Shown here: piece after piece, positions 1-13,100 of the stretch
How positions within the stretch are numbered: position 1 is the stretch's first letter
Layout: every line of letters starts with the position of its first letter
From: Paragordius varius
Lineage: Eukaryota; Animalia; Nematomorpha
Assembly (NCBI GenBank): GCA_964247055.1
Contig: OZ176051.1
Location: forward strand, 13,206,001-13,270,000
Direction of reading: 5' to 3'
DNA length: 64,000 bases
Notes under the pieces: model-generated
The model's database searches: none
Seen by the model: the letters and a program-made list of their open reading frames with translations, nothing else
What the model was told of the DNA's origin: nothing
Made by a program: the position numbers and the translations under genes

Positions 1-98
1 ATGTGGCGGATTATACAGATAGTAGGGCCATACCCGGGGGTACTAAAAAAGCGCTAATAAATTTTTGTGTCTTGCTAGGGATACCTAAAGTAACTAGG

Positions 99-134
<36 letters not shown>

Positions 135-1172
135 GTTATAGTCTCTTTTTTCCTTTTTTATTAAAGGGTAACCTAAATTTTCTACTAGGTTATTTATATA
201 CAAGCACAAAATAGGATATTGATAAATATGAAATATAAATATTCAATAATATTTTGATTCAAGCCTTACGTGATTTAAGCGAGTTACTTTGACTTTTGGC
301 CGATCGTTCTATATCAAAAAATCCCAAAATCAATGCAAATTTTACTATATAAATATATAATAGATATGTTTGATGAAAGCTAGATACTTCCTTGCAAAAA
401 CAAAATACGTTGCCTAAGCAAAGTCTGCTTTTAGATAAGATGAAACCGTTTTTGATGTCCGAATCTAGCATAGTTAACTATTATTGGGCAATTGACAATT
501 TCCCCTTATATTAAGAAAACTAGCCCATGAAAATTAGATACCATTGCAACACACACATCAACTTTTGAAATATGGCTTTGATTTATGTATAGTTTATATA
601 TTGAAAGGGAGCAGCTTTCATAAAAATTTATTTAATAATATGCGCTAATTTTGCCTTTTTTTAATGCAATTAGCAGAAAAATAAAACTATATTCTCAAAT
701 GACTAGAAGGCCTTAAAACAAAAAAACCATTAGACTGTTTATAATATATATATACATTCAAGATTTTCTTCTGTGCGCTGCGTATATTAAAATAATTTTT
801 ACATCTGAGCCTTTAAAACCATCATAATTAAGAATTGATCTTACTAATACTAATATATATTTTACACAATAAAATTTTTTGCCTGATAATTTATAATTTT
901 ATTCTTAAAGGTAAAATATAATATCTATGTTATGAACTTTCAAATTGTATTTTAACCAATAATTTAAGATTGTGGCACATGATTACAAAGAATTAAGCTA
1001 AAATGTTTCCGGTATATAGTTTTAATGCTTTATTATTATTGACTTTACAATAAGCCATTGTCTCAAAGGAACAATAATCGCATGAAAATTAAAAATTATT
1101 GATCTCGTGTTAATGTTTTTTAATCAATAATTTTTATCCAAATATTGAATTTTCTCGTCCATATATAATCAT

Positions 1173-4100
1173 ATGATACCCGAATTTACCATCACTAAAC
1201 CCGAGGAATTTGTTAAAACATTAAACATTACAGAATGGATTAAAAAAGCCAAACTTTCTGAATGGCAAAAAATCGAAAGCGATTTGATAAGGTTTCACGA
1301 AAATTTTAGGAAAATGTCAAGAATAACGGACCATATTGATGGCGAAAAATTGCGTAAAGATATTGGCCATATTTTATCCCAAACAGACAAAGTATGCTTT
1401 TGAGTGTTGTAATAGCATCCGAACATTAATTTTTAAATAATATGTTTTATATGAATTATATATCTTTAATAAATTCTTATTTCACCTCAGTAAGTCTGAT
1501 ACTTCCAATATTTTAATATATGTTAAGATGCATAAATTTATTGATAATTTAATTAAAAAAACACAAAAGTAAAGATAATATAAGAAGCAACAAGCTTAAA
1601 AGTTTTGGGTTCAATATTGGGGTTATAAATTCTATCAATTGTTCAATAGGCAAATTAAGTGACAAACTATGTAAATTCCCATTTAATTATCAATTGGTTG
1701 TTAAAACTTATTAAAAATTGATGATCTTGACTCATTTTATTTAGTTACATGGTATATCTAATAATTGTGATAATAGCTTATGACCGCAAATAACTAAACA
1801 TTTATAAGTGTGAGACCGGTTGTTAAATGTCGAAAACCCTATTCTAATTCCAACTACTCTAGAATATATCATTTTATATTATAGAGTTCCAAACAAAACC
1901 TCTTACATTTTGGCCTTAGGGATAACAAAACTAACATTGTGGAAATTTTGATGGATTTTAACGTGGATGTTAATACAACCGATAAGGTATTCGATTTTTT
2001 ACCGAAAATTTTTTCAACTAATAGGAGGGATTAAAACCCATTCATTATGCAGCTATATATGGGACAGATGATGTCCTTAGGATGTTAATAGAAAAAAATG
2101 TAGACGCTACCCACAAGGGTGGGGTATGTTGTTTAAACCTAGTTTTTATTAGATAATAAAATATCAAAATTGTTTTACAAACAAACACTCAAAGAGCCTG
2201 ATTTAACAATAATTAGGAACTTGAAAGACTAGCTCTACACTATGCTTGCTGTCGTAGCATTAGAGCCCAAAGTTTAGTAAAATTACTTCTGAAAATTTCT
2301 GGACCCAATTGTCGCTTAATACCCGATGCAGATGATTCAATTCCATTATATTTAGCCACCGATAATAATAATCTAGTAGTATGTAAAGAATTATTGGGTG
2401 TTAAAACTAAATTGCAATTGCGATATGCTAAAAAAGTAAATATTTTTTATTATACGTATTATAAATAAATTTGTACTTTTTATATCAACATTTTATAATT
2501 CTACATTTAACCTAACAACACTAAATCACAACACACTTATTATAAAGCAGCTATGGTATCTTTATTTTCGATTTTCGATTTTATTTTTTAAATTAGAAAC
2601 TTTAATATATGTCATAGGGACATTTTTAACACAACTTTTTAAATTAGTAATCAGTGAATATATAAATATATAAATGTGATTTTATTACCAAACAAAATGT
2701 CATTTTGATAATTAATAATTAATAATGTGAAATATTTAAAAATATTAGTTTTGACAAAAATAGCGAATTAAATGTTTTAAATTGTTGAGAAAGCTGATTA
2801 TTAAATTTTAACTTTATAATATGTGTTGCTTCAAAATTCGTTAAATTTTTTTAATATCCACAAAGATGCTTCTTTTTAAAGAAATTTAATAATTCATTAT
2901 CATTAGTAATTTGATCAGCCTATTTCTTGAGATGGTCAAAAGTTTAGTAAAAAATAAAACACCTTCTACAAGCATAATGAAAAACGTCAACGACATATAA
3001 TTCGTTACAAGGAAAAACTAAATTTTTAAACCGATGTTGATTCCTAATTTATTAAAAGTAATATCTGTATAGTACTATTACTATCAAGTATTGGGGATTG
3101 CGTTTGAAACATATTATTTTTGAGTTTCTATTAACTTAGAAGAATTAAATATAAAGTTACATTATATATTAACTGCCAATGGGGTACGGGTGATACAGTA
3201 TTACATCTTGCTTGTCGCAAAAAAGATGTCAATTTGGCAAAATTATTTTTGGAGGCCGGAGCTCCTATCGATATGCAAAATGTGAGTGTAATTTATTATT
3301 TATAATTACATTCATTTGTGAGAAGAACCATGTAACATTTTAGCTATTTAATTATCTTTATATTTGATATGTAGTTGATATTGATATGACACAACATTGC
3401 ATGATTGTCTTTTTATATTACATCATATTATTATTATAATCACGTTTGGCTTTTATGTTCGCACGTCATTTATCGTGGAATTCTTATAAATATCCGTAGA
3501 ATAAAAGATATTCTTGTGAAGCATTCATGTTTAAATTAAAACTAATAAAAAGTATAATATCACAACAATTTTAATAAATTGACATTATTTTAATTTGACG
3601 ATACATTCTATATCTGGCGACTATGGGGGATAAAATTTCAATTGAAGGATACGATGACACTTTTGATTTTGCCACCTACATCAGATATATTAAAAGGGTT
3701 ATGAAAAATGTTGATGCTAATGATGAGAATATCAAGGTACTGTTTTTGGCTGGAGCTGGTCTTAAAACAATTAATAAGATCGAAACAATGATATTTCAAA
3801 TATCTATTAACGATGCGCCTTGGTCCATAATTCATGACTTTCTTAAACCTTTCTCACCTGCCAAGTCTGTCTTCATTGTAAGGTTTAAGTCTCGTTTGCG
3901 GAGAGAAACTTTCACGGAATTTTTGCAAAGGGTCAATAGTATGGCGGAAAAAGCTGAATTTCAAACGAGGCGGAGGAGACAATTAGGGCCAGTTTTGTAG
4001 CTGGATTAAATTTACAATCATTGGAAGTGGATCTTTATTCACGATTCCCTGAAGCGAAGTGTGATGGGAAGTGGTGTCATTAACCACCATTGTCGACATG

Positions 4101-7100
4101 ACCTTGGCTCAGGAACTTGCAAGGGCTATTTGGCACTACAGAGTAAAGTAGATATGGAAGTGTAGAGACTGACGGACCTGGGAATAGTGAGTCCCGTTGA
4201 TCCAAGACAACATTAAATAGGCGATCCCCACGGTTAACGTGGTAAAACTAATGAGGAAATTAGGGTGTGCGCTGATTTCCGGGTAACAGTCAATTCTTTG
4301 ATTGAGAACATATCACAGATTATCCCGACATTTGACACGACGTCTAAATGTGCTGGATCCACATGGTTCTCGTCCATTTTGAAGGACGCTTACCTTAAAA
4401 TTTCCGTGCATGAGAAGAACAAAAAATATTTGGTGATTACTACCCCCATGGGATTCCAATTTAATTGTCTACTATTTGGATTGAAGGTTTCCCCCATGCT
4501 TTTCCAAAGAATCATGGATGAAGTACTAGATTGTAGGGGCACAAGGGCCTACCTTGACGATGTATTGAATGTTGGTAATACGACGAATAAGATAGAAAAA
4601 CGAGACCCTAGCAAGCTTGCAAATATTTGGTTTTACGTTAAGGAAAGAAAAACAGAAATTTTATCAGATCAATATTAAATTCTTGGGTTTTGAGCTATCA
4701 AAACACGGAATTCGTGCTGTACAAAATAACATTGACTCCATTACGAAATGTGCGACACCTACCAATAAAACTGAGTTAAGATCGTTTTTGGGATTGCTCA
4801 ATTTCTCTCGCTTTATGGCTTACATGTCAAAATTAGCAATCTACATGCACTAACAATATCCAAAATTGAATGGAAATGGTCACAAGAACATCAAAATGAT
4901 TTTAAGGGAGCAAAAAAACTTAATATCAGAATCTTTACTTGTCACTCATAACATAAATAATAAAACAATAATACAAAACGGTGCGTCTACAAAAGGCTTT
5001 GGAGCTGTTCTTCTGCAAATGGACACGAGAATGGTACCAATTGCATTCGCACCAAGAAAATGCCAGAATGCAGAAAAAAATTATTCTGTGATTGAATTGG
5101 AAACTAAGGCTTTGCTATTTGGGTTGAAAAATTCCATTAATATATATATGGCCAGAAATGTGAGGTTTGGTCAGATCATAAGCCGTCAGTTCATTTATTC
5201 GGACACAATCAGAAGTTAAGTGATATTAAAAATGCAAATTGTTAAGATGGATCTACAAGGCCGCCGCGTATGATTTTGATATGAAATATATCGCGGGATC
5301 GACAAACATGGGGGATGTCTTTTCAAGACTTCCCTAAAAGAGTCAGACACCATTAGCCTATGATGATGAATATGTGGCCGAACTAATCCGACAATCGCAT
5401 TCGTGGATTTAATTTTAAATAAAACCCAAATAAAAATGATTGTTTGGAAGATAAACTGCTTAAACGATTACATATGGTTAAAAATAATGATTGGTCAACA
5501 CTGGAAATATCCGCATTCAAAGCCGTGAGGAAAGATCTCAAACAAACTAATGGTTTCTTTTATGTTGGTGATCGGTTAATTATCCCAACAGCTGCGCGAA
5601 AACGAATTTTGGCTTGGTTTCATGTGGACATCCGGGGATCGTTGCTATGAAAAACCCAGCAAGGTCGTTGGTGTTTTGGCCCGTAATGAATAAGGACATT
5701 GAAAAGTTGGTCCACGACTGTCAGTGTTGTCAGAGGAATAGGGCGAACATTGCTGAGAATCCAGGATATAAATGGAAAATGTGGGAATGGAAAGACTCAT
5801 GTGGACATCGCGGGTCCCATGTGTGGTAAATATTGGTTAATTTTAATTTAATTGACGCGTTGATGGGTGGAGGTGGAGAGACTTAGCAGTATTACACCTG
5901 ATGTGATTTTGAAACAATTGGAGAAATGGTTTGCCTCTTATGGTTTTCCAAGAATGTTAGTATCTAATAATGCTACTTATTTTAGATCGTTCAATTTTCG
6001 AGAAAAGATGATATACTGGAACATTAATCATGTGACGTCTGCTCCCTATCACCCAAGGACGAATGGTTTGGTGAAAAGATAGATTTACGCGTTGAAATCA
6101 ACATTTCGTTCTATGATGAGGACTGGCATTAAGAGTCAAGAGGCTTTAAATAATGTATTTGGCAAATCGAAACTCGTGGCATAATGAAATAAAGACAACT
6201 CCGGCATCGTTATTTTTGAAAAGGAACATCAACACACCGTTGAATTGGTTGCAAGATAAAGAAGCGCCTAAAGAAAGTACACCACCACTACCGTTAAGAG
6301 AGTTGACACTTTCATAACCAATTTTCATAACTAATGAGATTCCGAAAGGATGGTGACCGGGAACGGGGAATTAAGAGCGAGTCCATTGTCGTACGAAGTA
6401 AGTGATGAAGAAGGAAAGTAGATGAGGAAACATACGGATCAACTGAGGTCTGATGGTGGGCAGAGTGAGACCCCAAGGCGTTACCCAGATTGAGTCCGCA
6501 AAGCTCCTAGGCGTTTAGAGGAGGAAGATATGTAATTAATATGACACAATTGCTTGATCTTTCTATCTTACATCATATTTATTATAATCGCGTTTAGCGT
6601 TTATGTTCGTGCGTCATTTTTCGTGTAATTCTTATATTATTCGTAGAATAAAAGACATATTCCTACAATTGTGACGCACATTCATGTTTAAATACAACAA
6701 TTTTAATAATTGACATTATTTTAATCTGACGATACCATTTTATAATATTATTGAGATTTATGCCATTTCCTGTTTATAATGAATCCTTAGTTTATTCATG
6801 GGAGGTTAAAATCTGATTTTTATTTATATGTTTTAATTATATAAATTTACTAATTTAATGTTGAATTTCTATTTAGAATGAATGCCATACTCCACTGCAT
6901 ATAGCGGCATGGGAGGGAGATGCGCAAATAGTTGAAATATTACATGAGTTTCGTGCAAATCCAAATATTATGGACAAAGTAATCCTTATAACCAAATATA
7001 TACAGCATAATTTTAATGATTATAGTGTTTGTATTCTAGACAAAGTAGGTAAAAAATTGAAGTTGTATAAGAAATCTTTCAGGCTTGTTATAAAGCAGAT

Positions 7101-10100
7101 TAACTTCCAGCATCCACATATCTATGACTTAATACACAACAGTGCAAATTGGGGATTATGAAAATATCTTTATAATATAATTTTATTTTTATTGAATAAA
7201 AGTATCAGGACCATGGTGATTTTGGTGTTGGCCGGAGTTATTTAACAAAGTTATTACCATTTTGGTTGAATGCCATTTCAAAAAATTTCCCAAAATTATG
7301 CTATATAAATGTTGATTATTTCTAAAAATTACACAAGTTTTGCACCACCTATTTTTTGCATTTTCTGTTACCTAATGGCATAAAAAGGCCAAAACTAAGA
7401 AAAATGAGGCCCCAATAGGATTTTTTTAAATTTAATTTTTAATGTGTTAACACTTCGATTCAATTTGGGCTATCTGAATACCCCAGACTAAATTGGAGTT
7501 AGGATTTTTAAAAAAGTATTGAAGGAAACGGTCCAAATTTAAATTTATGCTTCTACCCTAATAAAAAATATATAAATATGCCAAAATATCTAAATGAAAT
7601 TTTGTTTTGAAAAAAAGTTCCATGTCAAACTACTTGGCCGCCATTTTATTACAAAATATTTGCAAAATATCGTGTTCATTTAATTTTTAGGGTAGAATTA
7701 GAGCTAATTTTTTTTAAATTACATCTATCATTGATAGAAATAAAAAACGGTTTATTTTGCGTTATTTTTCAATTTTACCATTGCACACATGTCACGTTGA
7801 CTAAATTTTTACCTTTCGGTTTTAGCTTAAAATAAGTAATATCACGTATTTTTGAATAAATTTTTTTTATATATTTCGGTTTATTAATGTAATATGCGTG
7901 CGAAATTTTGCCATGGTTTCGATTCCTTCCATATTTTTTAAGAAATTAGTTTTAAATAGACCTGGGGTATTTAACTACCCCAATTGGAATCGAAGGACTA
8001 AAATTGTGTTGTATACAAGTTTTTAATTAAGAAAAACATTTATTCCTCGTGCTCATATATATAAATATTTAAACGAGCAAGTCGATACAATTGGTATACC
8101 AAAGCCAGGTTTTTGATCAAAATTTTGGAACGAAAATGCAAATATGATCCAATTATACCAACTATACGATACCACAGAAGATTTTTTTTAACGAAAACGT
8201 TATTGATGATCCATGTAATAAAACTTTATAAAATTGTAGTCGATCTTTATATTAAAAGATAAACTGCCAAGGTTTGTTATTCTTTTGCACAAGAAATGCG
8301 TTATATTGAGCGCGCCTATCGGCATAGATATAGATAATATACAATAAATAAATATTCATTTAATTGAATATATATTAATGGAATTCTATGTATTAATAAA
8401 AGAGGATACACAAGTTGAAGAATATGGAATTAAAATATATTGCTAAGAGCCAAAGAGTATTAATAATCAAATAATCGAAAAGGGCTAATAAATGGTGTGT
8501 GATGAGAATGGCGGCTTACACACGCTCTAAAAAATCCTATAATTATGTGAGATATGGCAAAGGTATACAATAATGACACAATTAGAGCCCGGTATGAGAG
8601 ACCTGCAATGTCGTAGTTAACTTCAGCAAAATCCACGGAATCATGTCAAATTAACCAATTCACAGAATATAGATAAACAAATTTGACTATTAAATCGGAT
8701 AAGAAGATTAGAACAGTTCAAGTGGTCATATTGTAGTTCATAATATTATGGTGGGATATCAATCATCCAGGAAGTGGTTGCCCAACATTCATTCGAAATT
8801 TAAATATCGCATCCAATCATTATTAAAATAAATAATATCCAATAGGTATAAATAACAGGATTTTTCGTAAGAAATTAACCACAGAGAAAAACCCTAATAA
8901 GTGCTAAAAATAATCAAAACTAACAAAATAAATATAGCCTACCTGAAAGCCGAAGGTTTAAACCACAAATTGCTCCTTTTAGTATTTTTTTAATATAAAT
9001 TTATACGTGTTTAAAATTAGCTTTAAAAAAAGACTAAATTTTAACGTTTATACCCTTACTATTTATTTATTCCTGATATTTAAATGATTTTATATTCAAA
9101 AGATAGAAATAAAAATGCTCTTTTTAATAATACCAATTTTATAATATAGTAACTTTATTTTTATAAAGTTATACTTGATTTTCTATCCTTTTCTCTTGTT
9201 TTTGAAAACTTGGAATCCTGTCATATCTCAAAATTCTGATTGGAGGGATCAAAATTTTTTCAGATTCGGTATTGAAATTTTTTCAAAATTTAAAATTTTG
9301 AGTGGTGGTGCTCGAAAAAGTTCAAATTTGTCGACTAGTATTATCATTAAAATATATCAAAAACTACATATAATAACAAATGCTTTAAATTTAATTTTGG
9401 CTAGCTTTTGTAAATAAAAATCCCAATTGCGATAACAATTTTAATCATCTAAAAGCTAATTTTAGAAAAATTCATACTTTGATTAAAAGTGTTTATAAAG
9501 AATGAAAATATTAACAACATTATAATAATACTTGTTCTATATACAGTAAAAACTTTTGATACTACAATCAAAGCGTAACTAAGCAGAGCCAAATATTTAT
9601 GACAACAATTAAGCTTAATTCTTCCTATGAATTCAATTGTAATGATTGTAACCAATTATATCTCTATTACAAACTTTGCATAAAACAATTAGACATATTT
9701 TAAAATACCAAGTTAAAGAACAGTGATTTTTCAAAAAAAACTTTTTTAATTTTTTACGTTAGTCCATATGTCTTTAAAATTTACTGTATTTAGGCTGTAA
9801 ACTCGGATTTTTGTTTTAAAAATTTGTTTAAAACTTGTGGTTACATATAATATATTAAATTTGAAATGATACACATGTTATAAATCCTAGGTATTCCACA
9901 TAACGATTTATAGGGTTTTTATAATATCATATAGTTTATTGTAATTCAAAAACCATACATTTTTTTATTTTACCTATTTTTTATTTGGCCCAAAATAATA
10001 AAATGTCCTGTTTCATTTTATATTTAATACACAATACATATGACTTAGCTTCTTGAATGCAGTCTTAATGGTTTTCCATTCAACCTGTTTGAAAAGTTAA

Positions 10101-13100
10101 TAAGATAATGGGAAAAATCAATTCAGCAATATAATTTAAAACATGTCTCAATTACTAATAATTTTTAAAGAATATAAATACAAAAATATGAAAAAAAATT
10201 CAAACGACACCTTTACCTCTAAAAATTTTAAACAGTTTCACCGAACAGCCTTGCATATAGCCACAGAGCGAGGAAACACAGAAATTGTTGATATTTTGAT
10301 AGATAAATTTCATTCAAGTCTCATTGCAAGGACCGATGATGGGAGCACTTTGGTACACATAGCAGCACTCAGTGGTCAATCAGAAACGGCAAAGTTGTTT
10401 ATAAAAAAGGGAATCCCTCTTCTTTTGCCAAATAAGGTTCGTTCGCATCTAAATAATAATCGTAAAAAATCTATATAGATCATACTAGGGAAAACGGAAA
10501 TGGTATTTGAAAAATTTATTTAACCTCTTTATCAATTACCCAGAATGTGTTAAATTTTACAAAATATTTCTGTCACAAGAGTTTTTTTACATCTTTATTT
10601 TTGATCCTTATATTTATACTACCCATTATCTGTGAAAAATTAAAAATATTTTGATTATCCTTTAAAATTATGTGTACATCAATTAGTTAATTGTCTTTTA
10701 CGAATCCATCACTTTATAATATGTTCTGTCAAAGTATGGAACTATAGCTCTACACTCAGCTGCACGAAGAGGCCAAACTGACATGGTTAAACTGTTGCTA
10801 CAGAATTCTGTAAATGTGGACGCGCTTACTAAGAACCAGTTTTCACCTCTTCATATTGCAGTAATGTACAATAAACCATCTGTTATTTCAGTTCTTTTGG
10901 GTTATGGAGCTAAGGTTGATCTTAAAGGAGGAAAGGTACAGTATTTTAATAATATTTACGTCTTATTTTTTCTTATATATATATATACAATGCCATTTGA
11001 TTGATTAAGAAATGTTTATTACGGTGAAGATAATAAGATAAATATACAATATATATTATATTATATAGAGCTCAATTTTAGACAAAGGATTATAGGGAAT
11101 TGTCGATAAAAAAGTATATATATATATATATATATATCTGATACAAAAATATATCAGGATTATGATGGTTATTTTATTGGCCCTGCAGTGGCGTACCGAG
11201 CCTTTGCGGCGCCCGGGGCATAAAACTTTTATGGCGCCCCCCTCCTTCTCCTTTTTTTAAAAAAAAGCAATAAAACAATTTAGTAAAAAAAATACAAACG
11301 TTGTAAACACCATACAGCCTAGTCATATAAATTTTAAATCTATTAAATATATATATTTATATACTAAATCTATTCAATGGTACTAATTAGGTGAATAATA
11401 GAGTGTATATCAGTGGTATTCAAACCGCGGCCCGCGGGCCGCATGCCGCCCTAGCTTTCTGGCCCTACCATATTGATACTCAAATTATTTTATTATTGAT
11501 GAATTTTTAAAATACACATAAATGAATTTTTGCTTATTGTAATATTAATTTTTTTTCTTTAGATTTAATTTTGGTGTTTTTTTACACAATTTGAAATGTA
11601 GAAAATTTCCTTCTAAAATGATTTCAAAATTTTGGCACAAAAATTCAATCGATCATTCTTATAAATTACCGAAAAATCTTGAGGTATATGAAATTTGCTC
11701 CATTTTAGTTAAAAATATAAAATCGTTTAACGATTTCCAACTAATAAAAGAATGTTTAAATGGTGCGCTTTTTATTTGATAAATTCCATAATTAAGATCA
11801 CACGAGTCAAATTAAATAACTTCAACTTTCTGATTCAACGACACAAGATATATCTAAATATATCAAAACATTGGCTCTGAAAAACTAGTATTTTAGTATT
11901 GCTATTGATTCTAGAACTGATATTAATCAACATCCCAATGTGCGCTCTTCGTGAGATTTCGTAACCACAACATAATCAACGAGGAATATTAAAAATTTTT
12001 ACCAATGAATAATACCACAAAAGGAAGTGATTTTTCGAAATAATTAGCACTTTTTTCGATAATAATGGTATATCTATGGAAAAATTGGTTCCGATCTGCA
12101 CAGATGGCTGTCCCCCTATGATTGGAATGAACAAAGGATTTATTCCTCTTTTGAAAAACAATTATTTACAAAATATTATTCTTTCACTGCTTCATTTATC
12201 GGCGAAATTGGTTTCGCGTGTAAAGGATGAATCATTCGATTCAGTAATTAAAACAGTTGTGGATATAGTTAATCACATCCGTGGCAGAGCAACGCCGTAA
12301 ATTCAAAAACCTTCTGAAAGATATCCACAGTGTGTTTTATGATATTCTTTTGTACATCGCTGTGAGATGGCTAAGCCTTAAAAAAGTATTAGTTAAGACA
12401 TGAAATGCTATTATTTATAATACATAACAGAAAGTTTGACGAGGTTAAGAGTGAATGGTGGGTATTAGCCTACCTTTGCGTCATTACTTATAAACTTAGT
12501 ATTTTTAATACAAACCTTCAAGGGAGCAAAACACTAAACCAATTTTCTAATCTAATATTTGCTTTTGAATAAAAATTAATAATATATAAACAACATTTTG
12601 TAAATAAAACACTCCTATATAACCCAACACTTAAAACAATTATGAAGAAAAATGGAATTCACCACGGAGATTAATTTTATAACAATCATTTAACATTTTT
12701 ATCTGATGAGACGAAATTCAGATATCAAGAATTAAGGAATATGCTTAAAACTCGTTGAAAATTCATGGCATATGGGATATAACCAATATTTAACAACTTG
12801 AGAATTTCAGTTAGATCAGGCGGAAGTTGAAGAATTGGATTTTAAAAATGATTACAATTGGGAGGCTATATTCAGGGAAAATCGTAGAGAAGAAAAAATA
12901 ATGTAGAGTTTTGGCAAGATGTGCCAAATAAATATGAAAATATTAAAAAATGTGCTCAAGTTATCCTAACTGTTTTCCCTCAACTTACACGTGTGAGACA
13001 GCATATTCAAAAATGAAGTATGTCAAGAATACATATGGAAATCGCTTAACCAATGATCATATGGACGAGGTATTAAGATTGGCCTGTCATGAGGCGAAAC

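Larger units (their letters stand above)
3370..6744 (+). mobile_element. Decayed Ty3/gypsy LTR retrotransposon in TRPN intron 5
   Basis: Related LTRs start with TGT at 3370 and 6531. PBS-like TGGCGAC at 3615; polypurine tract GAGGAGGAAGA before 6531. Broken ORFs in gypsy order: gag (3623-4000), RT (CADFR, FGLKVSP, YLDD; 4265-4853), RNase H (NYSVIELE; 4866-5219), integrase zinc finger (H...C.CC) and core (SNNATYF, APYHPRTNG; 5444-6082). Many stops and frameshifts. Confidence 0.92.

Noticed and set aside
12703-12720. Hammerhead-like CTGATGA...GAAA (also near 23620)
   Set aside because: Only 3-4 nt lie between the motifs, so no stem II can form, and flanking stems are absent.
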